Assembly: GCA_946611195.1 (NCBI GenBank) | Contig: CAMODB010000006.1 | Coordinates: forward strand, 1 to 54,036 | Origin: an uncultured Bacillota bacterium | GTDB taxonomy: Bacteria > Bacillota_I > Bacilli_A > ML615J-28 > CAG-313 | Length of the DNA stretch: 54,036 nucleotides | Direction of reading: 5' to 3' | In this document: in pieces, positions 17,757 through 29,160 of the stretch | Layout of the letters: each line of letters starts with the position of its first letter | Position numbering within the stretch: the stretch's first letter is position 1 | Program-made: the position numbers and the translations under genes | The notes under the pieces: generated by a model | Told to the model about the DNA's origin: nothing | Databases searched by the model: none | The model's input: only the letters and a program-made list of their open reading frames with translations

Positions 17757-18746
17757 ATGAAAATTTTAGTATTTATTTTATTTATTCTCTGTGTCAATCT
17801 TTTAATTTACTTATTCTTAAATATCTTTATTAAAGAAGCTCATAAAAAACTCTTTAATTATCATTTTAATACAAATCCTTTAATTGATTCTTATAAAGCA
17901 ACAGATTATGATTTAGATTTAATTAAATATAGTATTAATGAAAACAATGAAACTATTAATGGTTATTTTTATACACCTAAAAATTATGATAAAAATAAAT
18001 TAATTATTTTTTGTCATGGTATGTGGGGAACTAAAGAAACTTATTTACAAGATATTGGTGAACTTACTTTAAATAATTTTCAAGTTCTTTCATTTGATTG
18101 TCTTGGCTTTGGTGAATCAGATGGTAAAATATTAGGTCTAGGAACTTTCTTAAAAAGTTTAGATCTAGTTTTAAATGATTTAATGAAGAAAAAAGAATAT
18201 ATCTATAAAGATATCTATGTTATTGGTCATTCAATGGGTGGATATGCAGCTACTAACATTGTTAAATATCATCCCGAAGTTAAAGCAGTAATTGGTCTTG
18301 CTCCTTTAACATCAGTTACTAATTCGATTAAATTATTAAAATTGCCTCTCTTCTTTGGTAAAATCTTTACCCTATATGATGAAAGATATTTCCATTCTTA
18401 TTCCTTAGCTGATTCTGTCAAATCACTCAAAAATTATAAAGGTAAAGTTTTAATCATTCAATCGACAGATGATAATATGGTTCCTTTTAAATATGGTTTA
18501 CAGCGTATTAAAGATAATTTAAAAGATAATACCAATATCGAATATTTAGAAGTATCATCACGTCATCATAATCCCGAATATACCATCGAGGCGGTTGAAA
18601 AACTAAATGCTTTTTTAACAAAAGATCGCCTTATTAAAAATAAAGAAGAGCGTCTTAAATTATATCAGGAAACTGATTTTAAGAAATGTGGTACCATTGA
18701 TAAAGAAATATTTCAAGTTATTATTGATTTTATCAATAATAATTGA
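17757..18746 (+). CDS. Alpha/beta hydrolase with N-terminal TM anchor
   Basis: HG, GFGES, GHSMGG nucleophile elbow, DDNMVP, C-terminal His. Confidence 0.9.
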   Translation: MKILVFILFILCVNLLIYLFLNIFIKEAHKKLFNYHFNTNPLIDSYKATDYDLDLIKYSINENNETINGYFYTPKNYDKNKLIIFCHGMWGTKETYLQDIGELTLNNFQVLSFDCLGFGESDGKILGLGTFLKSLDLVLNDLMKKKEYIYKDIYVIGHSMGGYAATNIVKYHPEVKAVIGLAPLTSVTNSIKLLKLPLFFGKIFTLYDERYFHSYSLADSVKSLKNYKGKVLIIQSTDDNMVPFKYGLQRIKDNLKDNTNIEYLEVSSRHHNPEYTIEAVEKLNAFLTKDRLIKNKEERLKLYQETDFKKCGTIDKEIFQVIIDFINNN

Positions 18747-18782
18747 AAAAAGTGATATAATAGATTTAGGAGATAAAATATT

Positions 18783-19388
18783 ATGATTACAATGAAAAAT
18801 GTGATAAAAGAAGGTAATCCGCTTCTTCATGAAGTGTCTGTTGACGTAAATTTACCTTTAAGTAATGAAGATGAAAATATTTTAAGACAGATGATTGAAT
18901 ATATTAGAGAATCAATCAAGGAAGAAAATCAAGATAATCCGGAATATCGACCAGCTGTTGGTTTAGCTGCTCCCCAACTCGGTATTATGAAAAAAATGAT
19001 TGCGATAATAGCACCAGATGAAAATTATGTCGAACATGAATTATTCTTAATTAATCCTAAAATCATATCTTATTCAGAAGAATTAACTTACCTTAAAGGA
19101 GGAGAAGGTTGTTTATCGGTAGATAGGCCTTGTGATGCGGTAATCCTTCGCCCTAAAAGAACTACCTTTGATTCTTATTTCTATGATTATGAAACAAGAG
19201 AAATAATAAAGAATCGTATCAAATTAAAAGGCTATTTATCGGTAGTCTTTAATCATGAATATGATCATTTAAAAGGAATTCTCTTTGTGGATAAAGTTAA
19301 TAAAGATAATCCTTATTATGTTCCCGAAAATGCAACCCCAGTAATCTTTAAAGGGGAAAAGATAGAAGAAAATGAAGAAAAGTCTTAG
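18783..19388 (+). CDS. def: Peptide deformylase
   Basis: GLAAPQ, EGCLS, HEYDH. Confidence 0.97.
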   Translation: MITMKNVIKEGNPLLHEVSVDVNLPLSNEDENILRQMIEYIRESIKEENQDNPEYRPAVGLAAPQLGIMKKMIAIIAPDENYVEHELFLINPKIISYSEELTYLKGGEGCLSVDRPCDAVILRPKRTTFDSYFYDYETREIIKNRIKLKGYLSVVFNHEYDHLKGILFVDKVNKDNPYYVPENATPVIFKGEKIEENEEKS

Positions 19389-19405
19389 TTTAAAAACTAA
19401 GACTT
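19380..19405. terminator. Bidirectional hairpin formed by the last codons of convergent def and Cof genes
   Basis: AAGTCTTAGTTT-aa-AAACTAAGACTT. Confidence 0.65.
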
Positions 19406-20206
19406 CTTTTCTATATTTAAGACATATTTTTCAATAGCTTTTTTTAAGCCATCATTTTCTATTCTATCAGTTACATAAGTAGCAGCTTTTTTGGCGTTAT
19501 CATTGCCTTGTCCCATTGCGATAGACGTAGCTGCATATTTTAACATTGGTACATCATTATCAGCATCCCCGAACGCAAAAGTATTTTTTAAATCATAACC
19601 ACAGATGTCGATGATTCTTTTAATACCTAAGGCTTTACTAGCTCCTTGTTTTACTACATCACAACCATAATTACCCCATTTATAGAAGGTAAGAGTAGGA
19701 TATTCTTTGATCAATTCATCAACAATAGGATGTATTTCTAAAACCCAAATTTCGATTATTTTATCGATTTTAACATCCGCAAATGATTTTACCTCTTTAT
19801 AATCAACTTTGATAATATTATCAAAAACTTGTCTTAAATCTTCATTGAAATAATGTTTATAAACAAAGCCTGATTCTAATAAGACATAAGAGATCTTTTT
19901 TTCTTCAAATTCTTTAACTAATTTTTCTAAGATTCTTTCATCAATTGGATCTGTAAAGACTTCTTGATCACCAATATAAATTTGGCAGCCATTCGCAAGA
20001 TTATAACCAGTTAAATAAGGTTTGATTTCTTCTATTTCTGTTAAACCTTCATAGGTTCGGCCAGTAGAAACATACATATCAATATCGTCACGTTTGGCTA
20101 AATAGGCTAAGATTTCTTTGGTTGATTTTTCTATTTTCATTGTATTAGAATTAACTAAGGTTCCATCAACATCAAAGAAAAGAACTTTTTTATCTTTATT
20201 GTCCAT
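19397..20206 (-). CDS. Cof-type HAD-IIB hydrolase
   Basis: DVDGTL, STGR, SKA, FGDADNDVPML. Confidence 0.93.
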   Translation of the reverse strand: MDNKDKKVLFFDVDGTLVNSNTMKIEKSTKEILAYLAKRDDIDMYVSTGRTYEGLTEIEEIKPYLTGYNLANGCQIYIGDQEVFTDPIDERILEKLVKEFEEKKISYVLLESGFVYKHYFNEDLRQVFDNIIKVDYKEVKSFADVKIDKIIEIWVLEIHPIVDELIKEYPTLTFYKWGNYGCDVVKQGASKALGIKRIIDICGYDLKNTFAFGDADNDVPMLKYAATSIAMGQGNDNAKKAATYVTDRIENDGLKKAIEKYVLNIEKKS

Positions 20207-20207
20207 C

Positions 20208-22052
20208 TTATTTACCTATTTTAATAAGGGAAACGTTGATTAAAGGTTTTCTATTTAGATAACTAAAGATATATTGTGATATCTGATTAGCTATTTGTTT
20301 TTCTAGCGATTTTTCATTTAATTTAGTTGAATTGATTAAACCTTTATAGATTTCATTTGTTTTATTAGCAATCTTCTTATTGACAATAATAGATTCATTA
20401 GGGGTTGCAAAACCTTTCGTTACAATCTTTATATCGCTTACTAATTCTTTTTGTTTATTGATATAAAGGGTTGCGGTAACAAGCCCATCATCAGCCATCT
20501 TCTTTCTTTCTTTTAAGACATCACTATCGACATCACTTAATTCGGAATCAAGATAGATATCATAAGCTGGTACCGCATGTTTAGTAACCTTAGCTTGTTT
20601 CTTTTGATTGATTGCTAAAACATCACCTGAGCCTAAAACAAAGCAATTTTCCTTTTTTATACCAAGTTCGGTTGCTAATTCAACATGACGTTTTAACATC
20701 AAATATTCCCCATGAATAGGCATAAAGTATTGAGGTTGCATAAAACTTAACATCATTCTTAATTCATTTTGTGAGGCATGACCTGTGGTATGAATATCGG
20801 TTAATGGACTATTACGAATTACATGAGCCCCGGCATGAACTAATTTATTGATATATCTATTTATCATTTGTTCATTACCAGGAATAGGTTTTGATGAATA
20901 AATAATTGTATCATTAGGTTGTAAAGTAATTTGTTTATGGGTTCCCGACGCAATTCTCGATAGGGCTGCCATTGGTTCTCCTTGTGAGCCGGTACAGAGA
21001 ATTGTAATATGATCAGATTCAATTTTCTTTAATTGACGAGCATAGAGAACACTACCTTTAGGAAAATTAATATATTTTAATTTACTAGCTACTTCTATTG
21101 TTTGTTCCATACTATGACCAAAGACTACTACTTGACGACCACATTCAATACTTGATTCAATGATTTGTCTTACCCGATAAACATTCGAAGCGAAGGTTGC
21201 GACAATAATTCGCCCTTCAATTTGATGAAATAAATTAGCTAAGGTTTCACCTATTTTTCTTTCACTACTAGAAAATTGGGGAATATTCGCGTTAGTACTC
21301 TCGCTTAATAAACACAATACACCATCATGACCTAATTTAGTCATTTTATAATAATCACTCATTTTACCAATGGGACTAAAATCAAATTTAAAGTCCCCAG
21401 TGGATACTACATAACCAAGATTAGTCTTAATAGCTATGCCAAAAGAATCGGGAATAGAATGATTAGTTCTAAAGAAACTTACTTCAAAATTCTTAAATTT
21501 ATAAATAGAATCATCATAAAATTGTGTAAGATGATATTTAACATTGGGGAATTCTAACATCTTCTTTTCAATTAAACCAATTGCTAAACCATTTGCATAA
21601 ATAGCCGGAATATGAACTTTTTCAAGTAAGAATGGTAAAGCCCCAATATGATCTTCATGACCATGGGTAATAAATAAACCAATGATTCGTTTTTCATTTT
21701 CTTTAAGATATGTAAAATCGGGAATAATATAATTTACACCATGCGCGTCATCATCCGCAAATAATATTCCCGCATCAATAATAAGTATTTCATCATTTTG
21801 TTCGATGACATACATATTCATACCAATAACACCTAGACCACCTAAAGAATAGATTTTAATATCATTATTGATTTTAAGATGTGGTTTCTTTTCTTTAATA
21901 GAATCTTTTTTATTAATTATTGGTTTCTTTTTATCATTAGGTTTAGTATTCTTATTAATAGCTAGTTTAGGATTGTTAATTCTTTTTTGTTGATTATTAG
22001 AACTGTGACCTAAATGACGAGGAGAATTATTATTTTGTATTTTCTTTTCCAT
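20208..22052 (-). CDS. rnj: Ribonuclease J
   Basis: THGHEDH, TGDFK, FASNVYR, TGSQGEPMAAL, PIHGEY; K/N-rich N-terminal extension. Confidence 0.95.
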   Translation of the reverse strand: MEKKIQNNNSPRHLGHSSNNQQKRINNPKLAINKNTKPNDKKKPIINKKDSIKEKKPHLKINNDIKIYSLGGLGVIGMNMYVIEQNDEILIIDAGILFADDDAHGVNYIIPDFTYLKENEKRIIGLFITHGHEDHIGALPFLLEKVHIPAIYANGLAIGLIEKKMLEFPNVKYHLTQFYDDSIYKFKNFEVSFFRTNHSIPDSFGIAIKTNLGYVVSTGDFKFDFSPIGKMSDYYKMTKLGHDGVLCLLSESTNANIPQFSSSERKIGETLANLFHQIEGRIIVATFASNVYRVRQIIESSIECGRQVVVFGHSMEQTIEVASKLKYINFPKGSVLYARQLKKIESDHITILCTGSQGEPMAALSRIASGTHKQITLQPNDTIIYSSKPIPGNEQMINRYINKLVHAGAHVIRNSPLTDIHTTGHASQNELRMMLSFMQPQYFMPIHGEYLMLKRHVELATELGIKKENCFVLGSGDVLAINQKKQAKVTKHAVPAYDIYLDSELSDVDSDVLKERKKMADDGLVTATLYINKQKELVSDIKIVTKGFATPNESIIVNKKIANKTNEIYKGLINSTKLNEKSLEKQIANQISQYIFSYLNRKPLINVSLIKIGK

Positions 22053-22087
22053 GTTTCTCTCCTTTCTTTTAAATTTTAATATTCTTA

Positions 22088-22957
22088 TTATTTTAAATTA
22101 TTGGTTAATTTTAAAAACAACCGATAGATATCAACAGTACAAGCAGCATCATGTAATGCATTATGATCTTGTACTTCCATTGGTGGTTTTTTATTAAAGA
22201 TTTCATAAGCAGCATATAAACCAATATCATCTTTAATATTATAATAGGTTTTGATTAACTGCATTAAATTAACAAAATTCTTACGATTAGTTATTGGTTC
22301 TAGTTTATATCTTTTATAACTACTATCTAACATTAAATAATCATTGCGACCCCAAATATAAATTGTAGGTTGATATAAAACCATATATTCTTTTAATAAA
22401 TTATAGAATTTATAAAAAGGTGGAGCTTTCGTCAAGACCTCTTTTTTAATATTTAAAAAATCTATAGTTCGATCTGATAAACCAGTTTGACAAGTTGGTT
22501 TAAGATATCCATAATCAGTATCAACACTATTACCTTGATCATCTAAAAGATATAAACCATAACTAATAATTTCCATATAGAAATCTTTAGCTCCATGTTT
22601 ATGATTATAAGGAGGCATAGAAAATTCAAAATCTAAAAATAATTTATAAGATGGTTTTTTTATTACTTTTACGACGCCTTCTTTAATCATATCATAATCA
22701 AAATAAGTATATAGTTTCTTTCCTCTTCTATTTAAGAGTTTAATGAAACTAATTATTTCCGTTACGTGGTGTTTTCTTCTCAATGTTTTATTATTACTAG
22801 CATAACAATAGAGCACCACACCCGAATTTAAATAACGTCCGAAACGAGATAGTTGGCTACTCGTGATATAATAATAATCAATTTCTTTTTTATTTTTGAT
22901 ACCAATTAAACGATTTTGTTCATCAAAAGAATGGATTATACCATAAACGTAAGCCAT
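22088..22957 (-). CDS. DEDDh 3'-5' exonuclease (KapD-like) with an extra N-terminal domain
   Basis: LDFEF, WGRND and HNALHDA motifs. Confidence 0.75.
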   Translation of the reverse strand: MAYVYGIIHSFDEQNRLIGIKNKKEIDYYYITSSQLSRFGRYLNSGVVLYCYASNNKTLRRKHHVTEIISFIKLLNRRGKKLYTYFDYDMIKEGVVKVIKKPSYKLFLDFEFSMPPYNHKHGAKDFYMEIISYGLYLLDDQGNSVDTDYGYLKPTCQTGLSDRTIDFLNIKKEVLTKAPPFYKFYNLLKEYMVLYQPTIYIWGRNDYLMLDSSYKRYKLEPITNRKNFVNLMQLIKTYYNIKDDIGLYAAYEIFNKKPPMEVQDHNALHDAACTVDIYRLFLKLTNNLK

Positions 22958-22974
22958 ATTAAATCTCCTTTCTT

Positions 22975-24762
22975 TTAATTCATATTTTTTATTTTATTAG
23001 CGATATCAACAGGGATACCTAAAGCTTTATATTTTTCTATTTTAGCTTCTTTCATTTCTTCTAGGGAAGAAAAATTCTTTAAAAGTAACATCTTTCTTTT
23101 TTTACCAATTCCTTCAATATTATCTAAAGAAGATGTGAAAGTATTTTTAGTATGTTTTTCTTTAAAGAAGCTTATCGCAAATCGATGGACTTCATCTTGC
23201 ATTGCTTCAAGTAAAAGAAATAAATTAGAATGTTTATCTAAAAATATTTCTTTTTTATCTTTAGTAACAATAGCTTTAGTCCGGTGATTATCATCTTTTT
23301 CTAGCCCTATTAAATCAACATCTTGAAGACCAATTTTTTTAAAGACGTCTATAGCCGCTCCCACTTGCGGTAGACCCCCATCGACAATTACTAAACTAGG
23401 TTTTCTTAAATTATCTTTAATTACTCTCGTATAACGTCTCGTTAAGATTTCCTGCATAGAATGATAATCATCAGCTCCTACGACTGTTTTAATATTATAT
23501 TTACGATAATCTTTAGGACTCTTGATACCATCGATATAGACAACCATCCCCGCAACAGCACTTGAGCCTTGAATATTTGAATTATCGAATAATTCAATAA
23601 CTTTAGGATATTTAATATTTACCATTTTCGCAAGTTCGTTTAAAGGTTCTTTGGTTTTTTCTAATTTTAATAATCTTAATTTATCTAAATTTTCTAAATT
23701 GTTTTTCGCATTTTCACAAACTAAATCGACTAATTTCTTTTTAAGGCCTCTTACGGGAATATTAATTTTGACATCTAATAATTCACTTAAGATTTCTTTT
23801 TCGTCAAGATATGGTATTAAGATTTCTTTAGGGACGATATTAGCTTGATAATCATAGAAAGAATAAATATAAGAAATAATTAATTCATTCAAGTCGCCTA
23901 CGATATCAAATACTTCCCCATCTCTTTCAATGATTCGACCACGGCGCATATGTAATATTTGAATACATACTTTATCTTTAGCTGCATAATAACCGAAGAT
24001 GTCTCTAGTGACATTATCATTTAAAGACATCGTTTGTTTTTCCATTAAGGCTTTAGTACTATTAATGATATCGCGATATTCTAAAGCTTTTTCAAATTCT
24101 AGATTTTCACTAGCTATTTGCATTTTTTGTTCTAAGATATCTAATAATTCGGTATCCGACCCATTTAAGAATTTTATTACACTATTAATGTGTGGTTCAT
24201 AATCAGCTTTCGTGACTTTATTTTCACATGGTCCTAAACATTGTCCCATATCATAATATAAACATCTCTTTTTGGGTATCTTATTACATTTACGAAATGG
24301 ATATACTTTATTTAAGACTTCTACCGTATCACGACAAGCTTTTGCGTTAGGATAAGGACCAAATAAACGACCATTATGACGTCTTACTTTTTTAATATCC
24401 CTAGTCATAATTAATCTTGGATGTTCTTCTTTAGTAAGGAGAATATAAGGATATGTCTTATCATCCATTAACATGATGTTATAATGAGGACGATATTCTT
24501 TTATAAAATTACATTCTAATAAAAAGGCTTCCGTTTCGGAGCGAGTAATGATATATTCAAAATTCACTACTTCCGATAACATTTGTGTGGTTTTTGCATC
24601 ATGAACATTACTATTAAAATAACTCGATAAACGATTTTTTAATATTTTTGCTTTACCAACATAGATGATAACACCATCTTTATTATACATTTGGTAACAG
24701 CCCGGTTGAAAAGGTACTAAGGATAATTTGGCCTTAATATGTTGTTTTATTTCCTTATCCAT
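22975..24762 (-). CDS. uvrC: Excinuclease ABC subunit C
   Basis: GIY-YIG (PGCY...IYVGKA..LKNRL), UVR domain, FDNSN, VDGG, QDEVHRFA, HhH. Confidence 0.98.
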   Translation of the reverse strand: MDKEIKQHIKAKLSLVPFQPGCYQMYNKDGVIIYVGKAKILKNRLSSYFNSNVHDAKTTQMLSEVVNFEYIITRSETEAFLLECNFIKEYRPHYNIMLMDDKTYPYILLTKEEHPRLIMTRDIKKVRRHNGRLFGPYPNAKACRDTVEVLNKVYPFRKCNKIPKKRCLYYDMGQCLGPCENKVTKADYEPHINSVIKFLNGSDTELLDILEQKMQIASENLEFEKALEYRDIINSTKALMEKQTMSLNDNVTRDIFGYYAAKDKVCIQILHMRRGRIIERDGEVFDIVGDLNELIISYIYSFYDYQANIVPKEILIPYLDEKEILSELLDVKINIPVRGLKKKLVDLVCENAKNNLENLDKLRLLKLEKTKEPLNELAKMVNIKYPKVIELFDNSNIQGSSAVAGMVVYIDGIKSPKDYRKYNIKTVVGADDYHSMQEILTRRYTRVIKDNLRKPSLVIVDGGLPQVGAAIDVFKKIGLQDVDLIGLEKDDNHRTKAIVTKDKKEIFLDKHSNLFLLLEAMQDEVHRFAISFFKEKHTKNTFTSSLDNIEGIGKKRKMLLLKNFSSLEEMKEAKIEKYKALGIPVDIANKIKNMN

Positions 24763-24778
24763 ACCTTGTTCCTCCTTT

Positions 24779-26260
24779 TTAATTGCGATGATAAAGCGTT
24801 GTTAAATAGGCAATATAAGAAGCTAAATCATTATTTAAATCATTTTTTTCAATTCTAAAGATCCAATTATTACCTAAGGTAGAAGGCGTATTAAGACGAC
24901 CTTCTTTATTTTTTTGTAAATAATCAACAAAACTAATAATGGCTAATCTACAATGGGAAGCTAAAGCACATCTGATTAACGCATTACCACAATCATAATC
25001 ATCTTTAAAGAATAAATAATCTTTGACATAATTTCTTTCTTTTTCATCTAATTCATCAAACCATTGACGAATAGGTGGATTATCATGAGTTCCTGGATAA
25101 ACTACATTATTAACTTCAAAATTAGATACACTTCCTTCAATATCATTAGGATTAAAACTAAATTCTAAGACTTTCATACCGGGATAATTTAATTTCTTTA
25201 ACATCTTATCCACTTCCGGCGTTAAGAATCCTAAGTTTTCCGCAATAATATCTAAATTAGGTAATTCTTTTTCGATTGTTTTAAAAAGTTTGACATTCGG
25301 TCCTTTTTCCCATTTTCCTCTTGTCGCATCTTTATCGCCATAAGGAATGGTATAATAAGCTTCAAAACCACGGAAATGATCAATTCTAATTACATCAAAT
25401 AATTTAGAAGCATTTTTAAATCTTTCAATCCACCAACGGTAATTATCTTTTTTCATTTCTTGCCAGTTATATAAAGGGTTTCCCCATAATTGACCTAGAA
25501 GTGTAAAACCATCAGGGGGACAACCAGCAACTTTTTTCGGTACTAATTTTTCATCTAATTGAAAATATTTTGGTTTTGACCATACATCACTGGAATCATA
25601 AGCTGTATAAATCGGCATATCACCAATGATTTTAAGTCCTTTGTTATTAGCATATTCTTTTAAATTTAGCCATTGTTTATAGAAAATATATTGAATAAAA
25701 GACCAGAATCTTACTTCATCATTATTTTCAATATAATATTTTTCGATTGCAACTTCATCTTTATTTAGATATTCTTTAGCCCAATGATTAAAACTCTTAC
25801 CATTATTTTGATATTTTAAAGCCATAAACAAACTATAATCTTTTAACCAATATTCATTATCTTTAATGAAATCATTAAATTTAGTTTGGTCCTTTAATTC
25901 TTTAAAATTTTGATAAGCGGCTCTTAAAACGATAAATCTAGTTTCATATAGATGCGAATAATTAATATAATTTGATTCATCTCTTAAATATTCATAATCA
26001 AGTGTTTCTAATAAACCATCTTTTTTAAGTAAATCAAAATCTATAAAGTAGGGGTTCCCCGCAAAAGTAGAAAATGATTGATAAGGACTATCACCATAAG
26101 AAGTTGGTCCAAGTGGTAAGACTTGCCAATAAGATTGTTTACTTTTTATTAAAAAATCAACGAAATCATAAGCTTCTTGTCCTAAAGTACCTATTCCATA
26201 AGGATTAGGTAGACTGAATATTGGAAGCAGGATTCCTGCACTTGATGAACGAATATTCAT
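24779..26260 (-). CDS. malQ: 4-alpha-glucanotransferase (GH77)
   Basis: WQVLPLGP, SPYQ, GQLWGNPLY, RIDHFRGF, IAENLG, YPGTHDN. Confidence 0.97.
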   Translation of the reverse strand: MNIRSSSAGILLPIFSLPNPYGIGTLGQEAYDFVDFLIKSKQSYWQVLPLGPTSYGDSPYQSFSTFAGNPYFIDFDLLKKDGLLETLDYEYLRDESNYINYSHLYETRFIVLRAAYQNFKELKDQTKFNDFIKDNEYWLKDYSLFMALKYQNNGKSFNHWAKEYLNKDEVAIEKYYIENNDEVRFWSFIQYIFYKQWLNLKEYANNKGLKIIGDMPIYTAYDSSDVWSKPKYFQLDEKLVPKKVAGCPPDGFTLLGQLWGNPLYNWQEMKKDNYRWWIERFKNASKLFDVIRIDHFRGFEAYYTIPYGDKDATRGKWEKGPNVKLFKTIEKELPNLDIIAENLGFLTPEVDKMLKKLNYPGMKVLEFSFNPNDIEGSVSNFEVNNVVYPGTHDNPPIRQWFDELDEKERNYVKDYLFFKDDYDCGNALIRCALASHCRLAIISFVDYLQKNKEGRLNTPSTLGNNWIFRIEKNDLNNDLASYIAYLTTLYHRN

Positions 26261-26279
26261 AATTATTATCCTTTTCTTT

Positions 26280-26621
26280 TTAATTATTATTTATTTGATT
26301 TAAGATATCTTCAATATGTTTACCATATTCAATGGATTCATCATATTTAAAACGTAATTCTGGTGTTTTTCTTAAATCAATGCGATGAGCGATTTCACTT
26401 CTTAAAAAGCCTTTAGCTTGTTCTAAAGCTTTACTAGTCGCTACCTTTTCATTTTCATTACCAAAGACGGTATACCAAATTTGGGCAACACTCATATCTT
26501 TATTTAATGATACTTTAGTAATGGAAACAAATTTTAATAATTCATTATGGCTATCATTTAGAAGAATATCAGCAAGTTCTCTTTCAATGGTTTTTTCACA
26601 TCTTTGAATACGATAACTCAT
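26280..26621 (-). CDS. rbfA: Ribosome-binding factor A
   Basis: AKGFLRSEIAHRIDLRKTPELRFKYDES. Confidence 0.96.
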   Translation of the reverse strand: MSYRIQRCEKTIERELADILLNDSHNELLKFVSITKVSLNKDMSVAQIWYTVFGNENEKVATSKALEQAKGFLRSEIAHRIDLRKTPELRFKYDESIEYGKHIEDILNQINNN

Positions 26622-26622
26622 A

Positions 26623-29157
26623 TTAATCTCTTTCTGCTTCTTCCATTACGAAGCATTCTAATCTATCGCCAACCTTAAGGTCATTAAAGTTTTCAACTGT
26701 AATACCACAATCATAACCTTCTTTAACTTCCTTAACATCATCTTTAAAACGACGTAAGCCAGCAATTTTACCAGTATAAACGACAATACTATCTCTTATT
26801 ACGCGGACACTACCATTACGTTTAAGTTCACCTTTTGTAACCATTGATCCCGCAACAGTACCCACCTTACTAATCTTAAATAATTCTCTTACTTCAGCTT
26901 CTCCTGTTACATGTTCTTCAAGAACTGGATCAAGTAAGCCTTTAGCTGCTTTTTCAATATCTTCTTGTAATTTATAAATAATATTGTATAAACGGATTTC
27001 CACATTCTTTTCTTTCGCAAAATCAGAGATTTGGGAAGTAGGACGAATATTAAAACCAACGATTATCGCATGAGAAGCGATAGCTAAACTGATATCATTT
27101 TCCGTAATACCACCAACACGACTAGAGATGATATTAACCTTGATACCTTCAATTTCAATTTTATCAACAAGACCTTTAATAGCTTCAATTGAGCCTTGAA
27201 CATCACATTTAATGATTAAATTAAGATTCTTAACTTCACCATTTTCATTTTGTAAGATATCATTTAAGCTGGTAGCACGCATTGCGCCCATCTCTTCATT
27301 GAATTTATTTTGCGCTCTTACTTCAGCTATTGCCCGGGCTTTCTTTTCATCTTCTAGAGCCATGAATTTTTCACCAGCGAATGGTACATCAGTAAGACCA
27401 GTTATTTCTACTGGTTTACTAGGACCAGCCGTCTTAATGATACGACCTAATTCATCTTGCATTGCTCTAACCTTACCATAAGTAATACCAACGACAATCA
27501 TATCGCCAACTTTTAAGGTACCACTTTCAACAAGAAGGGTTGCAACAGAACCACGTCCTTTATCAAGACGAGCTTCAATAACAGTACCTACTGCTTGACG
27601 ATTAGGATTAGCTTTATATTCTTTCATATCCGCTAATAATAATACCATTTCTAGTAATTCATCAACACCTTTACCAGTTAAAGCAGAGATTTCTACATAA
27701 ATGGTATCGCCACCCCAATCTTCTGGTATAAGATTATAAGTAGTTAATTCTTGTTTAATACGTTCCGAATTAGCACCTGGTTTATCCATTTTGTTAACCG
27801 CAACAATGATTGGAACATTGGCAGCTTGCGCATGTTCAATCGCTTCTTTAGTTTGTGGCATTACACCATCGTCAGCCGCAACAACTAAAATAACGATATC
27901 TGTTACTTGCGCACCACGAGCACGCATTTCTGTAAAGGCAGCATGTCCTGGAGTATCAATGAAAGTAATTAAACGATTATCTTTCATTACTTGGTAAGCA
28001 CCAATATGTTGAGTAATACCACCAGCTTCACCTTTAACAACATGACTACTACGAATAGTATCAAGTAGAGTTGTTTTACCATGGTCAACGTGACCCATAA
28101 TAGTAACAATAGGTGGACGAGGTACTAGATCTTCTTCTTTATCTTCAATGACCATTTCATCAAAACGAATCATATCCGCAATTTGTTTATTCTTAACTTC
28201 AAAATTATATTCCATTGCGATAAGTTCAATCGTATCACGGTCAAGACTTTGCGTAGCAGATGCCATAACACCCATTGACATAAAGAGTTTCTTAACAAGT
28301 TCTGTTACACTAATACCTAATTCATCAGCCACATCAGAAGTAGTCATATTAGGTTCATAATAAAGAACATTTTCTTCTTTCTTGATTTCTCTTTCACCAG
28401 CTAATTTTTCAGCTCTACTCTTTTGCGGTTTAGCTTTCTTTTGTTTAATATTTTCATTAGTCTTAACTTTTTTCTTGATACGAACATTCTTTTGACCTTC
28501 ATAACGATCCCCAGAATACATATCACCATATTTGTTAATTACTTCTTCATCTTCTTCATTAAGACTTAAATTTTCTTCTTGATATACTGGTTTAGAAGCT
28601 TTCTTTTGATTATTAAAGTTATTAGTGTTAGCATTATTTACATTGTTAACATTGTTAACTTTGTTGACATTGTTGACATTGTTAACGTTGTTAACTTTAT
28701 TATCTTTAGGTTTATTATTTTGTTGATTAGGCTTATTAGTATTATTAGCTTTATTAACATTGTTATCTTTAGGTTTATTATTTTGATTTGGTTTGTTATT
28801 AGCGATGCTAGCGCTATTAGCGTTGTTAGCATGATTTACATTATTATTTTTATTATCTTTTGGCTTATTGTTAACAGGATTTGGTTTAGGTTCAGCCTTT
28901 TTAATTTCGACGATTTTTTTCTCTTCGACTTTTTTTACATCCCCTTTTGTTTCAACTTTTACTTCAGGTTGTTTTGGAGCTACAACTTTTTTCGCCTTAA
29001 AGCCACTAACATTAAATCTTTTAGCTAATTTCTTTTCTAACACTTTATCAACTTCACTATCTTCATTATAGTTATCATCAAATACAAATAAGCTTATTGC
29101 ATCTAGAACCTTACTCGAATCAATATTTAAGAATTCTGCTATATCTTTAACTTTCAT
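26623..29157 (-). CDS. infB: Translation initiation factor IF-2
   Basis: [26 protein letters not shown]. Confidence 0.99.
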   Translation of the reverse strand: MKVKDIAEFLNIDSSKVLDAISLFVFDDNYNEDSEVDKVLEKKLAKRFNVSGFKAKKVVAPKQPEVKVETKGDVKKVEEKKIVEIKKAEPKPNPVNNKPKDNKNNNVNHANNANSASIANNKPNQNNKPKDNNVNKANNTNKPNQQNNKPKDNKVNNVNNVNNVNKVNNVNNVNNANTNNFNNQKKASKPVYQEENLSLNEEDEEVINKYGDMYSGDRYEGQKNVRIKKKVKTNENIKQKKAKPQKSRAEKLAGEREIKKEENVLYYEPNMTTSDVADELGISVTELVKKLFMSMGVMASATQSLDRDTIELIAMEYNFEVKNKQIADMIRFDEMVIEDKEEDLVPRPPIVTIMGHVDHGKTTLLDTIRSSHVVKGEAGGITQHIGAYQVMKDNRLITFIDTPGHAAFTEMRARGAQVTDIVILVVAADDGVMPQTKEAIEHAQAANVPIIVAVNKMDKPGANSERIKQELTTYNLIPEDWGGDTIYVEISALTGKGVDELLEMVLLLADMKEYKANPNRQAVGTVIEARLDKGRGSVATLLVESGTLKVGDMIVVGITYGKVRAMQDELGRIIKTAGPSKPVEITGLTDVPFAGEKFMALEDEKKARAIAEVRAQNKFNEEMGAMRATSLNDILQNENGEVKNLNLIIKCDVQGSIEAIKGLVDKIEIEGIKVNIISSRVGGITENDISLAIASHAIIVGFNIRPTSQISDFAKEKNVEIRLYNIIYKLQEDIEKAAKGLLDPVLEEHVTGEAEVRELFKISKVGTVAGSMVTKGELKRNGSVRVIRDSIVVYTGKIAGLRRFKDDVKEVKEGYDCGITVENFNDLKVGDRLECFVMEEAERD
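28619..28875 (-). repeat. Asn-rich low-complexity tandem repeats inside infB
   Basis: (NNV)n 9-bp-period repeat and three NNKPKDN units. Confidence 0.8.
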
Positions 29158-29160
29158 TAG

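Noticed and set aside
28630-28700. Periodic GTTAACATT repeat as a possible CRISPR or iteron
   Set aside because: 9-bp in-frame coding repeat with no spacers and no cas or rep genes.
28579-29028. 149-aa hydrophobic + strand ORF
   Set aside because: Antisense shadow of the Asn/Lys-rich IF2 repeat; no RBS.
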